Origin: Bugula neritina
Taxonomy: Eukaryota; Animalia; Bryozoa
Assembly (NCBI GenBank): GCA_964035545.1
Contig: OZ037768.1
Coordinates: 18,893,700 to 18,957,699, forward strand
Direction: 5' to 3'
DNA: 64,000 bases
Under the pieces are notes generated by a model. That model had not been told where the DNA came from and searched no databases. It was given only the letters and a program-made list of their open reading frames with translations. The position numbers and the translations under genes were made by a program. Positions 13,931-26,990 of this stretch are shown here, one piece after another; position 1 is the first letter of the stretch; each line of letters starts with the position of its first letter.

Positions 13931-14870
13931 AAATATCTAGTGAGTATCAAAATAATTGTGGTTTGGTTATAAAATTTATAAATCACTAATTTTATTTATT
14001 TTAGTACAATATATATATATAGTAATATACTTATATATACACCTATATAACTGTTGTATTGGTTACTAAACATGAAATAATAGTCAATATGAATTATCTT
14101 GAATATTCCAATTTTCATGGATTTGTGTGGAACAAAAACCAGTAATACATTAATAATAGACTTTATATTTAATGAATACTTATTGATGAAATATTTTTTT
14201 AAACAACAAGAAGTATAGAAAGTGCAAAATTAATAAGATAATGCAGGTCAAAGGAATTTATTTCAAAATTAAAGGAAATATAGTAATGCTAAATATACAT
14301 ATATTTCAGTAATATTCAAATAAATTGCACATAAAAATAAATATATTGTACCAAAATAAATAAATAGCCTCTAACTGGGAAGTGTCTAAGTGGGAAATTT
14401 AGCCTCGCATCTATCTGAGATGACACGGTTTTAGTATCTTCAAATCTTCAACAGTTATAGGTCATTAGATCGAACTTTTATAGGAATATATTAAAATAAG
14501 CGGTTTTCTCAAAAATAGAAAGTTATAGCACTGTAATTTTAGGATGATGTGAATATAATTGTCTACTATAGTGTAGCTTCAGAACCAAGGCTCAGCTGCT
14601 AGAGGATCCTGCATTAGTTTTACTTTCATAATAATTATACATGGTTATGGTCTTAAATTTTTAATTATTGGTTATTGCTTGTAGTTGTAGCGAGTTTTAC
14701 TACAAATTTTTATTTGTGTTTAACTTGTTAATATGATTATTGAATATAATTGAGTAACACTATTATATCAACCGAATTGTTCTTCTAAACTTCTTTGCTG
14801 CTGGACATACACACGTAAGTTTATCTGAGTTGTCAGATCTGGCCAAATTTTAGTGTAGCTAGAATCAAGA

Positions 14871-15085
14871 GAGCAGCCGTTGTCTAAGGGCTAGACTCTA
14901 GAGCATTAGCTTAGTAAACGCGAAGTCATGGGTTTGATCCCCAGTAAAGACCATTGGTGATGTTAGAAAGAGCATTCAGTCATAATTGCTTTTGTGCCAC
15001 ATATAAATAAGTCTTTGGCCGGCTTTAAAAACCTTTTCCATCAGGGGCTGTCACAGGGATAGTGACTATAAACTTGCGTGAGTTT
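14871..15085 (+). mobile_element. tRNA-derived SINE, copy 1
   Basis: tRNA-like head with a degenerate B-box (GGGTTTGATCCC); colinear with the reverse complement of 52841-53050 (GAAGTCATGGGTTTGA, AAAGACCATTGGTGA, AAAACCTTTTCCATCAGGGG). Confidence 0.75.
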
Positions 15086-15220
15086 CATTAACCCTGGAGT
15101 CAGACCAGTTTAAACTTTGTGAACATAGGGGTGAGGTTTTCTGTTATAACTAAATCTCAAAGTGACTCTGAAATGATGTTGTGAATCTACTGGTCTACTT
15201 TTAGACAGTAACAACTGAGT

Positions 15221-18200
15221 ATGGAGTGTAGTGGCAGATTTAGCAGCAATTTTATACAAATATTCAATGTGGTTATCACAGGAATATCCTTTATGCTGAT
15301 CTTCACAGCATTCCAGACAGGTGCTATGATTGAGGTGGGTATATTGATAACTACTGTATAATCTTTACAATATTTTATCTAGTTTATAGTTTATCCATAA
15401 AGTCAAATGTATTTGTTTTCTAATCTTATTTGATGCTTCTGTGCTATATGAAGCTGAGTATTGAAATTGCGGAAGTGTTTTATTAAAGGACGCAACTCAA
15501 GTATTACTTTACGTTTATACACACCCTTACCAATTGTCTCAAAACTAAAGCGCTGCGACTCTCCTTGGTGACTGTGACTACTATTGATACTATGAGTATC
15601 ATCAATGATCTGTATTTTGCTCAATGCTGTGCCATGCTTCTATTCAACCTAATATGTCATAGAAGCTAATGAAAACAGCCAGAGCTACTGAAAAGATGAA
15701 AGTGGTTCAAATTTTATGGAAGAACGGAACATGATTTTTGTAGTCATAAAAAGTTGCAGATGACGAAAATACCATGCTGATACTGGGTTTCCACCCTATC
15801 AGTGCTGTTTGAATCTGTCCTCTACTCTCCCAGATCAATATTTTTATTACGCAACATTAGTTAAATAATAGTAAAGCTAATTAAAATTTAATATACTTTT
15901 GAGTAATGTCTAGTCAAAAGATTATTTCCTTTGCAAGTAAGTGCTCAATATGGTTAATTACTAGTTTACTGTAACGTTGCACCTCCTTTTCCTTGTTTAG
16001 AAAAACTTTCCAAGCTGATAAATATTTTACATACTAGACCTAGAGGCTTCTCAAACAATCTGATACTGTGCTGTTGGAATGCAGCTCAAGTGTTATCTGT
16101 AGATGGTTTCTTGTTGACCCTTGGATCTTTTTATGTTAGCTTGTGCTTTTTAGCCAAGAGTGCTGGAAGCTGTTAGACAGGAAACAAAAAATTCCCCCAA
16201 TCCTTTCACAGGAGATGGCTATGTTAGGTATGGTCAGTTTTGATGTAATTTGTAGTATCATTGTGAAAATATAAATATAAGCAATTAGTAAATATTACAT
16301 AAATGGCTGTGTTAACTAGTTGGTATTGCACTAAACCTATTAAAATACGGGAACAGCTACAATTTCGTCAGATTTGCTATTTGCATTTCTGAAATTCTGA
16401 ATTTTCTATTAACTATTAGTTTGTATTTGATGAAATGTATATTGCACAAGCTTGCTGTTCTTTTATATAGTCTGTCGGTCATCTACTTGGTGTTTGCCTT
16501 TGCCAATTGGATCGCTGCCCCAATTGTTGCTGTGATTGGACCTCGAATAGCCATGTTTCTTGGTGGTTTAATTTATTCGTGAGTCTGTTGTTACTCTAAT
16601 ACTGTGGTTGTAGCAATTACAGTTAGACTTTTCATTATATTAACCCACATTATTTGCTATCTAAATACATTAGGCCTGACTATTGCACATGTCTACACCA
16701 TAAAAATCTGCAATTGAGTGGATTTGTAAAAAATTCAATGTCAAGTGTAGAGTTTTTATCTTGAAAAAGTATTTCTATTGGTAGTATTGCCTGTAATAAA
16801 CCTGCATTGCAGCTGTTGACAAAATAGTTATCATACAAATGCTCAAAGTACAAAGGTCTTATCTAGCTTATGACCATATAGATAACAGTCACATAAAGTC
16901 CAACAGCTACATTCTAATTGAGTGAGTTTCTGTTTTAGGGGATTTATTGCCTCATTTCTAGGCCCAAAGACCTGGTTATTGTACTTGATGTCTGTATTGT
17001 TAGGAATAGCAGCTGCTGGTGAGATATGCTATGTTAATAATATAACTCCAGTTTCATTTATTGCAGAATACTAAAATATTAAACCGGAATTGTCTTCTCT
17101 TTTTAAGGAACAATATTGTTACAAAAGTAGTTACAGCATTTTGTTTGAAATCTTTAGCAATTTTTGTAACAACTTCTATAAAATCATGTAGTTCTACAAA
17201 GCAAGGTTTTTGTCTAATTATTATGTATATCATTAAGCTAAAAGTATTTTTCGCTTATGTCTTTTTCTCTGAAAAAGGAGATAAGTCCCACCAAGTTTTA
17301 AAAACTAAAAGTTATGCTGTGGCAAGCCACTCACTTGCCCTCTGTCTTTCATTCTTATAAATATTTTAATGCAACGATCAACTTTGCTTCTTTCATTTAA
17401 AAACTGTATTTCCATATGTGTTTGATGAAATAAACATTTCCAATAGGTGTAGTGATTATTTCTCTACAGCTTGGTTTGACAATGCTAGCTATTTTTCTAT
17501 TCGCAGTCATATGGACCGCACAAGGAAAATATCTTACTCTCAATTCTTCGAAAGAAACAATGGGTAGGAATTCGGGATTGTTTTGGGCGTTATTTCAATC
17601 GAGGTAAGTTATGAGCTACACGACTACATATGTTTTTGTTTTTCACCTTATTAATAGCATTGTAAAATATAAATAACCTTATAAAATAAAAATAATTTCT
17701 TATTAAGTACTTTTCTAATATTTGATTCATCAGCTTTTAAAATTTTCCAATTTTTGAAAACAGAAAAAAGATACAACTTTTATTAATATTTTGAATTTAT
17801 TATTTTTGAGTAACAAATAAATGATATAAAACAATCTGTTGCCATATATTGCATTATGTAATGCATAATTATATTTCTCTTTACTATGAATTTTGTAGTT
17901 TATTGTTCGGAAACCTGTTTGTCCATTTTGAATTTATAAACACTGGTCAAGATATCTCAAAACAAGTTAGAACTGTAGTATACGCTGCCCTTGCTGCCAC
18001 TGGAGTGCTTGGTACTCTGCTTATTATAGCGCTGAGACGCCCTCCTTCTAAAGATGACAATGAATCTACTGTTAATGGGTATGAGTTATTCTGTCTAGTT
18101 TGCTTTATACTGGATGAACTTTAGCAGTGCATTGAAAATTATATTGTATTTTTAAACTGTGTGCACATGTTGTGTAAATTTTAAACTATGTTTTACTCAA

Positions 18201-21200
18201 CGATAATTCAGAGTGTGTTTGAAGCATTAGGATTTGCAACCTCAATGATTTGCTATAAAGCTGCATATAGATTATTTTGTTAAATTCTTATTCCACTAGG
18301 TCTGCTAATTAAGGTTGATATTAGTTTAAATTTTTCTTATGAATAAAATATGTTTGATGCTTTTAAATTAAAGTTGCTTTATGCATCTGCAATACTTGAT
18401 AAGAGATTTTCTACTTTGTTAAATCAGTTTTTTTCTCTTTTTGATTATAGGCAATCAGAAGAACAACTTTCACCATGGGTGAAGATGCTTAAGGAACTAA
18501 GTATGTATTTATTGTTAAAATTTTCTTAAAACAAAGGCTATAAGATTAAACAATATTTATGTGCTAACACAATACTCTCTATTTGAATATAAACTCATAC
18601 ATAGTATAAATGAGTTTCTTCAGAAATAGAATGTTGAATGTGAATTCATCTTTACCGCAATGATTATATGTTTATTTAAATATGCAATTATATGTCGTAG
18701 ACAGTTTATGTAAACATATATAAACATGTTGTTGTAGAAACTGCTTTCAAAATGCTTTTGACCAAGAATATGGCGTTGCTGTTTCTCGCATTTTTTTATA
18801 CCGGTTAGTAAAATAGAGCAATATTATCTATTATTAAATCCGTTACATAGAAACTAGTTATAAGTAAAATTGTCCCATCAACAATCATGATACACATTCG
18901 GGCCGTATAAAAGTTTGTAAAGTGAAACTGAAAACTGATGGTGGAAAGAATGCGTCAAAGTAGAATGAAACAGATAACAAGGAATAGACAACAGGGTGGG
19001 GAAAGGGAATTCCCACTGCAAACAGCCTGAAACATACTAAAGTTTACTAAAACTGTTAAAATTTTAAGTCTTCTTTTAATAATACTTTAAAGGATTTTCC
19101 AGCATATTGCGTTGTATTTCAGCATGATTTGGGCTATTTTGACAAATCTTTTGACCAAAACTATAAATTTTCTTGTAAAACTCTGTTTTATTGAGAAAGG
19201 CAGGCACATGCAGTGGTGGAGTGTTCTTGCAAACAAACAATAATGAGTGGTTTTGTTAAGTTTTTTTCTTTTCTAAATTGAGAGAAATAGTTTAATTTTT
19301 GCCTTCTACTCATTGATTCTGTGAATCTTGAAGGTTTATGTTTACTATTTGTCACTTTCCATGTCACCTGATGCGTTGTGTGTTCTTATATAATAATTTT
19401 TTTTTATGCTCAAAATATTGATATTTGATTACCTGACTTCATTGAAATCATAAATTTAAACACCTCAGTCATTAAGTTTAAAGACATGTTTTCAATTACT
19501 ACATATAAACAATGTTTTCTCTTTATAACCAGGTTTAGAGTTGACTTTCTTTAGTGGAGTGTACGGAACATGTATAACCCATACCAAAGCCTTTGGGGAC
19601 ATGGCCAACAGCTATATTGGCTTTTCTGGGATGCTTATGGGTGCAGGGGAAATCATTGGTAAAAACTTGTTCTAAGTTATTTTAGTACATTGTGATATAG
19701 TTTAGCTAACCCTTCTAATTGATCAAATTTGATTAATTTGTTATTTAGCAATGGTTTTATTGCTAAAATCTAATTGTTTATATCACATGATTTACCAATC
19801 ACAGCTTATGATCTGGCGCAATGACTGTGTATTTGAAAATACACCATAAAACCTTTTATACACAGTACATTGTACATTTTTAACTTTTTTTGTATTTTAG
19901 GAGGTTTACTATTTGGTATACTGGGATCTAAAACTAACAAATATGGCAGAGATTTGATAGTAATGTTGGGTTTTATCATCCACATGACTGCCTTCTATTT
20001 AATTTTCATCAACCTACCAGATGACTCACCTCTGGGACCTAGTGCTGCCAGCACTTACATACCTGCCAGGTGAGTCTATGCACTATCTAGTGCTGACACA
20101 TACCTGCCAGGTTAGTCAATATGTCATCTAGTGCTGACACATACCTGTCAGGTGAGTCAATGCACCATTTAGTGCTGACACCTGCAAGGTCAGTGAATAC
20201 ATCATCTAGTGCTGACACCTGCAAGGTTAGTCAATATACCATCTAATGCTGACACATACCTTCAAAGTTAGTCAGTATACTGCTTAGTGCCTAATTTTAG
20301 CCAATCTGTGGTAATTACCTATTCAGTAGTTGTTTGAAGGTAGTATCAATTTTTTGTAGAGCTACCCTTCCCCCCCCCTCCTCCCAATAAAAAGCTAATT
20401 ACTGTCATTTTTGGCCATTAGAATGATAATAGTAGTGGTTTTTCTTACCAACATAGTGGTTTTCAACCACTATGTTGGTAAGTAAATGAAAACAAGCTTT
20501 TAGATGCAATTCTTCATGCAGTTCACACCTACCTATGAATATGGCTTTGGTACTTCATTTGTGATTTTATAATAAAGTAGACTTCTGTGAAATACTGAGG
20601 GGTTTGATGTTATTAGGTGGTTACTTACCATGTTATGTCTTTTTAAGTGGTTACTTACCATGTAATGTCTTTTATTAAGTTATTACTTACTGTGTAATAT
20701 CTTGCTGTAGTCCTGCAGTGGCCCTCCTCTGTAGCTTCTTGCTGGGATTCGGAGACAGCTGTTTCAACACACAGGTTTGCTTTAAATTTACTGTTGGCTT
20801 TGCTACAGCTAAACACACCTAACACATTTCAAACATTTGGTAGACATAATAGTATTGGGGTACCATATAGATTTAGTATAAACTGGTATACTGTATAGAT
20901 TTAGTATAAACTGGTATACTGTATAGATCTAGTATAAACTGGTATACTGTATAGATTTAGTATAAACTGGTATACTGTATAGATATAGTATAAACTGGTA
21001 TACTGTATAGATTTGGTATAAACTGGTATACTGTATAGATTTAGTATAAACTGGTATACTGTATAGATTTAGTATAAACTGGTATACCGTATAGATTTAG
21101 TATAAACTGGTATACTGTATAGATATAGTATAAACTGGTATACTGTATAGATTTGGTATAAACTGGTATACTGTATAGATTTAGTATAAACTGGTATACT

Positions 21201-22002
21201 GTATAGATTTAGTATAAACTGGTATACCGTATAGATTCAGTATAAACTGGTATACTGTATAGCTTAAGTGTAGGTTTAGTTGTTAGTATGGAATAAACTC
21301 TCTTAAAACTTTTGCGAAGCCCAACTGGAACATAATAAGTGTCTCTACTAGTACTGTTGGGTTAAAATAGTTTAAACAATCTATTTGAGTCTCCGCAGAA
21401 ACTTTAAAAATCCTAAATAAACTGCAACACATTACTGTATTTGATTGAAAACTATTAATTGAAAGGTCTTGCTGAATTACATATTTTATGCTGACAGATC
21501 TTGTTTAATAGTTTTAACTTGCAGAGTAAATATTTGATTTCAATTATAATAAATAATAACATATTGTCAAATTTTTCTTCTTGTAGATTTACTCTATTGT
21601 TGGGGTTATGTACCCCGATAACAGTGGAGCAGCTTTTTCCCTTTTCAAGTTTTCTCAGGTAATCATGTGACCAGTGCAAGTGATTTAAACTTTGCTGATG
21701 GTTTGATAAAAAGGAATAAAATAACATGTCGGTTGCACTCAACTCAACCCTCCATGCTCTGCTTTATTATCAACTGTACTCAGCTAATGTTTACTGCAAG
21801 ACTGTGATTTTTGTTGTACTTTCAGTCGCTGTCGGCAGCTATAGGATTTTTCTACAGTTCTCATTTGTTGATGAAGTGGCAGCTGCTGATATTAGTTGTC
21901 ACCGGGACAGTTGGGTCTCTTGCTTTCTCCGCCGTCGAATGGCGGCTGCATACCGAGACGCCATATCAAGCTCTTCACAATCAAGCAGATGAATCAAAGT
22001 AG
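15221..22002 (+). CDS. MFSD11: UNC93-like MFS transporter; exons 15221-15334, 16154-16227, 16471-16578, 16939-17018, 17507-17603, 17899-18078, 18451-18500, 18738-18803, 19533-19658, 19901-20069, 20711-20774, 21587-21658, 21826-22002 (458 aa)
   Basis: Motifs FMLIFTAFQT, VIWTAQGKYL, GRNSGLFWALFQSSLLFGN, YTGLELTFFSGVYGTC, SFLLGFGDSCFNTQIYS, AFSLFKFSQS; all 12 introns GT-AG and in phase. Confidence 0.92.
20038..20290 (+). repeat. Tandem repeat (37-41 bp, about 6 copies) built from an exon end plus its 5' splice site
   Basis: Unit approximately CTAGTGCTGACACATACCTGCCAG|GT(G/T/C)AGTCAATA; donor GT at 20070, 20111, 20152, 20189, 20226, 20267. Confidence 0.9.
20444..20482. repeat. Perfect 18-bp hairpin with a 3-nt loop
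   Basis: CTTACCAACATAGTGGTT-TTC-AACCACTATGTTGGTAAG. Confidence 0.95.
20617..20710 (+). repeat. Three 30-32 bp tandem copies ending at the 3' splice site
   Basis: Unit approximately GTGGTTACTTACCATGT(T/A)ATGTCTTTTTAAG, twice nearly exact and once diverged. Confidence 0.85.
20866..21262. repeat. 28-bp minisatellite, about 14 copies, intronic
   Basis: Unit ATTTAGTATAAACTGGTATACTGTATAG starting at 20871, 20899, 20927 and so on; no spacers. Confidence 0.97.
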
Positions 22003-25000
22003 CCCCATTCTCGCTGTGTATATAATACATGTTCAATTACATTGCAATGCAACTCTTATTCTCCTACACACTACTTCTGAAAACTCTGTGGAACAATTAA
22101 GGTTAAGAAAGTTATAAGTTCTTTTTATTTGTTGATAGATATTACAATTTTTTTATGTATACTAACCCGCTATATTTGCTAATTTTATTCTATTAATTGG
22201 TCAAACAGTGTATTTACAATTCAAGAACTTAAAGTATTTGTTTTGTTGTAATTTGTTGTCTTTACATTCCTCAATTTTGATACAGTATATTACATATAAT
22301 TTTGTAAACCTGTATTTCTATATAACTAAACATTAAATACAAGTAAAATATCATAGCATAATATTGCACCATCTATTTATTCATTCAAGTCAATAATTTA
22401 ATGTTGTTTATTTTAAAATAAGGTGCTAATTAAATAATGCTTTGTACTCTTTACATTATAACCCATTTAATAAACTTATTCACTAATAAAATTATATTTC
22501 ATGCCTGTATTACATGTTCATATTGTAACTTAATTGTAAAATTACAATAACTATTGTATTTACCATGTCTGAATACTGTGCAGTTACCTTTTGATTTATC
22601 TCAAATAGGTTGGCTAAATTTATATAAAACTGTGGAAAGTGAATTTATGGTAACTACTTGTGTGAAAGCACTAAGACTAAAGTGGGTACCATGAGTCTAA
22701 ATAAAATGTATGCTAATCAGCAATAAAATTAAAACTCAAACTTACTACTAAGACTCTTGAGCACTGAAGTCAAAAAGTAATGTGTGTACATATAATATGT
22801 ATGGAGGGATGAGACGTTATTTAATAGTGCGGTCTTAAAATATATAACTTCAATTTCAAAATCTAAACCCTAATATAAATCTAATATATTGAGCACTTTA
22901 ACCATGGTCACAAACTCAAGCTGCTAGCATTTTGCAAATTGCTTGTGACTCCTAGGTGACCCCTAGAGTCACTTGAGCACTCTGGTTTGAGTTTACACAC
23001 CTTTTAAATATGCTTTAGTAGAAACATAAGTTTCTATTATTGCTAAGGTGTGGGCCATGCTGCTCTGTTCTGCGCTGATGAGGGGACAAATCCCGAAACA
23101 GCTGCTGTACACAGATTGATAGATAGCCTACATAATTAAGTGTGTGTATAGGTGTGCCTGCGTGTGCATGTATATATGCATATAATATGTGCACGTACAT
23201 ATTGCTTGATGTCAACAATGACCTAAATTTAATACTTTCTGTCTTACAACTAGTTCAACAATCAAAATGACTACAAGTTCACTCTGTATCTGTCTTTTTA
23301 TTCTACTGCATCAGATATACTCTTGGCTAAAATGCATTCTAGGAAATATTCACTTGCTGATAGCACATCTCTGAAAACTGATGTGAGTGAGATATGCCTC
23401 TCCAACCTAAATTCTTGCTGAGTAAGTTTATTTGTAATATCTTCTCGGACTTGAAGCATAATGTTTATATAAGCTCATAGCAATATGTTGTCTTCTATGA
23501 ATATATAATTATCAAACTAGCATTTATAGTATTTAGTTATAAAAGATAAAGTATGTATAGAAATTCATCATAGAGTGAAACTTTTTAATCCATTACAAGT
23601 TATTGTTTAAATATATTTAAAAAGTTACTAGATGGTATGCAATGCTCTGCGTGATGGATGACACAATGCATTGCACATCACTGTCGAAAACATGCAGCAG
23701 AGAATAAAATTCCAGAATATACTTAATATCTATTTGTACCTCTCTACAGTAAAGCTTTGTGATGTAGTTGATGTGAATTATGAAGATTAATTATAAATGT
23801 ATTGCCCACATAAATTTTATTGTGCATGCTAGCAGCCAGCTAGTGTGACAATCCACAAAATATATTTTTAGAAATCCAGATGAAGTTATAGAGATGAAAG
23901 TCTTCATTAATAAAGTAAAGAGTGCTATTGGTAGAGATGGGTTAGATGATGGAGTATGTGTGCTTGAGAAAGTGATAGACTACTTGTATAACATTGAAAG
24001 ATATTGAAGAGGGAGATGACAATGAAGTTGTCTTCTCAATTAGTAACAAGAAGACAACTTTCAAATCTACATTTTACAACGCACTTGGTAGCATCAGAAG
24101 AAAAATGGTGGGATAGTAGTGACAGTGACTCTAAAGCTATTTCCTACAGACAGAACAAAATATGTTACTCCAAAGTAAAATTAAATAGAAAATGGCTAAA
24201 GGCTGTTAAATATTGTTTTACAGTAAAAGTAATCAGTATTCTCTGTATTGAAACCCCAGCTGTTGACCTAATAATTTTCAGCTAAACTCTAAAGTATGTT
24301 TTTTTATTACTGTAATTACACATAAGTTTACATGCATAGGCCTATATACATTTTTATTACCATCTAATGTCTGTATATATGTGTATGTCACTGAGATAGA
24401 ACTACAGCTAGTAGTATCATGAATATGTCTGTATATCTAGAGCTTTCTTATCTTTTGAAGGGAGCCCCATTTAGTTCCTATGGCTATAGCTAAAATTATT
24501 CTATGGAAATAAATAATTATTAATAAATTAAATAACATACTAATTAAAATGATTTTGAAACATAATTCTGAGAGCATTTGACATGGCAGTATTGATTGCT
24601 GCAAGACATAAATCTTTCGCTGGTGCATTATTTTACGGTGCTTACACCACACCATGCAGCAAGGCTACAAACAATAATCAAGTTCAAAACTACATTAACA
24701 TAACACAAACCTTTAAAATCCAATAACTTTTTGTGACAAATGAGTAGAAAATCAATATAAATAACTGTATTTAACATCATAAGAAAGAAGAAAATGTTTT
24801 AGAAACTTGTTTGCTATACGCCATTTGTTTTTTAATTTTAAATATTTGATTAAATATATTGCATATTTTTCTAAAAGGACCAGTTCCATTTTAAACCTCC
24901 AGCAAAGAAGTTGTGTTGTTTGTTTAAACTTTTACTCATATAATACCCACACACCAATGCTGGGTAAAAATGCATTTATGTTTTTCCTCTCCTTGCTCTG

Positions 25001-25304
25001 TGGTATGTCAAGAAACTCAACTGGTGTTGTTCATGTCAACTTCCAAATGACAAACTGTCCTTTAGATAGAGATTCTTCACAAGGGTTGCCACATGCAAGA
25101 ACAAAGTCTTGGTCCATGACACTGGCTACCTAAAATGCTCCCTGATGCTGACTGTCTATGCACTGCTTTCTGGTTACAGAATTCCATTCTAACTGCAACA
25201 ATCCCTGCTTCATGCGAGAGATCATGCTCCTTTCCACACTTAGCAGGAGCTTCTCTGGTCTTAGCTGACTCTACTGTGTTGCCCTGGCTGGTGGATGCTT
25301 CAGG

Positions 25305-26559
25305 TTAGTTCAAGGGCTGCAGACTAATAGAAGGACCCGTTGATGAGGAGACTGCTGTCTGGTCAATGACTAACTGAGGTTTTGTCTCCAGTTCTGGCTC
25401 AGTTTCCTTAGTTTCAATTCTTGTGGAAAGCTCTAAACCATCCTCTTTTTGCTGAATTTCAAGCTCAGCACAGTGTATATGTGGCGACTGGTGAAATACC
25501 ACTTCATAGGGTGATTTGCTTGTTGTTGCACTGACGGAAGTGTTGATGGCATATGTGATGTAATGAAGACCTTCAGCCCACCCTTTCTCTGGATGCTCTT
25601 CTAGCCATTCTCCCAACTTTAGTTGCAGATCTCCATTGCTTATCTCCATACAGCCCTGAGATTGGATGATAGCAAGGCCTGGCCATTTCTCCATGAGTCC
25701 ACTGATGACCCCAGCAACAAGTTCTTTGTCGTTGTCAGACCGCAGAATGCGTGGTGCTCCAAACAAACAAAAGGTTTGGACCAGTTTTTCTGCCACCTCT
25801 GCAGTTTGCTTGGATGTCAGGGGATGAGTCCAACTGAATTTGCTGAAGTGGTCTTGCATGTGCAGTATCCACTTGTAGTCCTGGTCGGGCCTGCTGGTCA
25901 TGTCAATCAGGTCAATCTGCATTTTTGTCATGTGAGCCAAAGAGATGATTGGTTCTTCTGCAGGTAGTTTCTTCTTGGAAACTCGTGTAGAGCATTCTGT
26001 GCAGGTGCGGAGAAATAAGGGGATCATGTCATGACGAATTCCGGAGTAGTTGCTTTTGGTTTCTTCCCATGTCTTGTCTCGACCAGAATGGCCCACTCTA
26101 ATGTGGCAGCTAGAAATATATGAAGACAACAGAATGAGCGGATTTTTACAGTACATTACAAAACTCTTAATTGGTGAGATAAAAAAGTCATTAAATGAAG
26201 TCTCATATTAAAATACAAGAAAGTATTCTAGAAATTTTAGAAGAAAATTAAATACAACATGCATACTGTTTTATGGTGTCAAAAATTTCTTCTTTGGTCA
26301 CAACAGGAGACGATGTTTTTATGCAACAGAGTATCACTCTAGATTCAATTTCTTGAATCTTGAACTTTTTGAGGGCCCAGAACTTGAAATAACTTCCTTC
26401 AGGGCATCTCATCCCTTTTGGTAATTGTATTGCCTGAAGAGCCTTGTTATAGGTGTCCTGGGTGATGAAAAAGCTGCCCTGCTTGCTGAAACTAAGATTC
26501 CTGACATGCTCCTCCAACAGTCTGTAGAATTGTTTTTTCTGTTCCTGGTTGTCCTCCAT
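25305..26559 (-). CDS. KRBA2/SCAND3-like integrase (Ginger2-type DDE transposase, domesticated or decaying); exons 26559-26267, 26109-25305 (365 aa)
   Basis: Splicing gives IKHCHIRVGHSGRDKT...CTEC (HHCC zinc finger), QIDLIDM, DHFSKF, PRILRSDND and QSQGCME (rve integrase core); N-terminal FKFWALKKF...VVTKEEIFDTI resembles invertebrate KRBA2-like proteins; region is GC-richer than its flanks. Confidence 0.8.
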
Positions 26560-26659
26560 GATGTCTCTGTCTCGTAGCTCTTGCTAACTGCAGTTGAACA
26601 TCAGAATTTGAACTGAATACTGATTTGGGAGTATGAGCTTATAGACCAGCAGTTGACTA

Positions 26660-26990
26660 GTTATGTTTGCAGTTGGCATTTTGCCTAGGGGAGATTACAT
26701 TTGGCATTTCTACTAGCATAAATTGGCAAAGCTACTAGGAGAATCGCTAATCCTAATAGGGCAGTGTACAATTAATTCTCAGTCATGTTATAGTAGAATT
26801 CTCCTATAAGTAAAAATGCTAATAAAAATGTTCCTTAGAAAAGATGCCAATTGTAATATCTAATAGTAGTACAAGCAATTTTACTAGTAGACACTGCAAA
26901 TGGCATTATATTTTCCGAAGGAGTTTACGATTGGCAACTTTATCAAAAAAATTGTGGATTAACCACTAAATTGCCAACTCTGCTATGACA
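26660..26990 (-). mobile_element. Subterminal repeat array of the integrase element, with a possible TGT terminus at 26990
   Basis: Repeated TTGGCA...CTAG motifs (TTGGCATTTTGCCTAG, TTGGCATTTCTACTAG, TTGGCAAAGCTACTAG); reverse complement begins TGTCATAGC. Confidence 0.45.

Noticed and set aside
20866-21262. 28-bp repeat array as a CRISPR
   Set aside because: Units are contiguous with no unique spacers, there are no cas genes, and it lies in a eukaryotic intron.
22900-23000. Degraded hAT-like MITE (CAAACTCAA ... TTGAGTTT)
   Set aside because: Ends are too decayed and no target duplication is visible, so it was not called.
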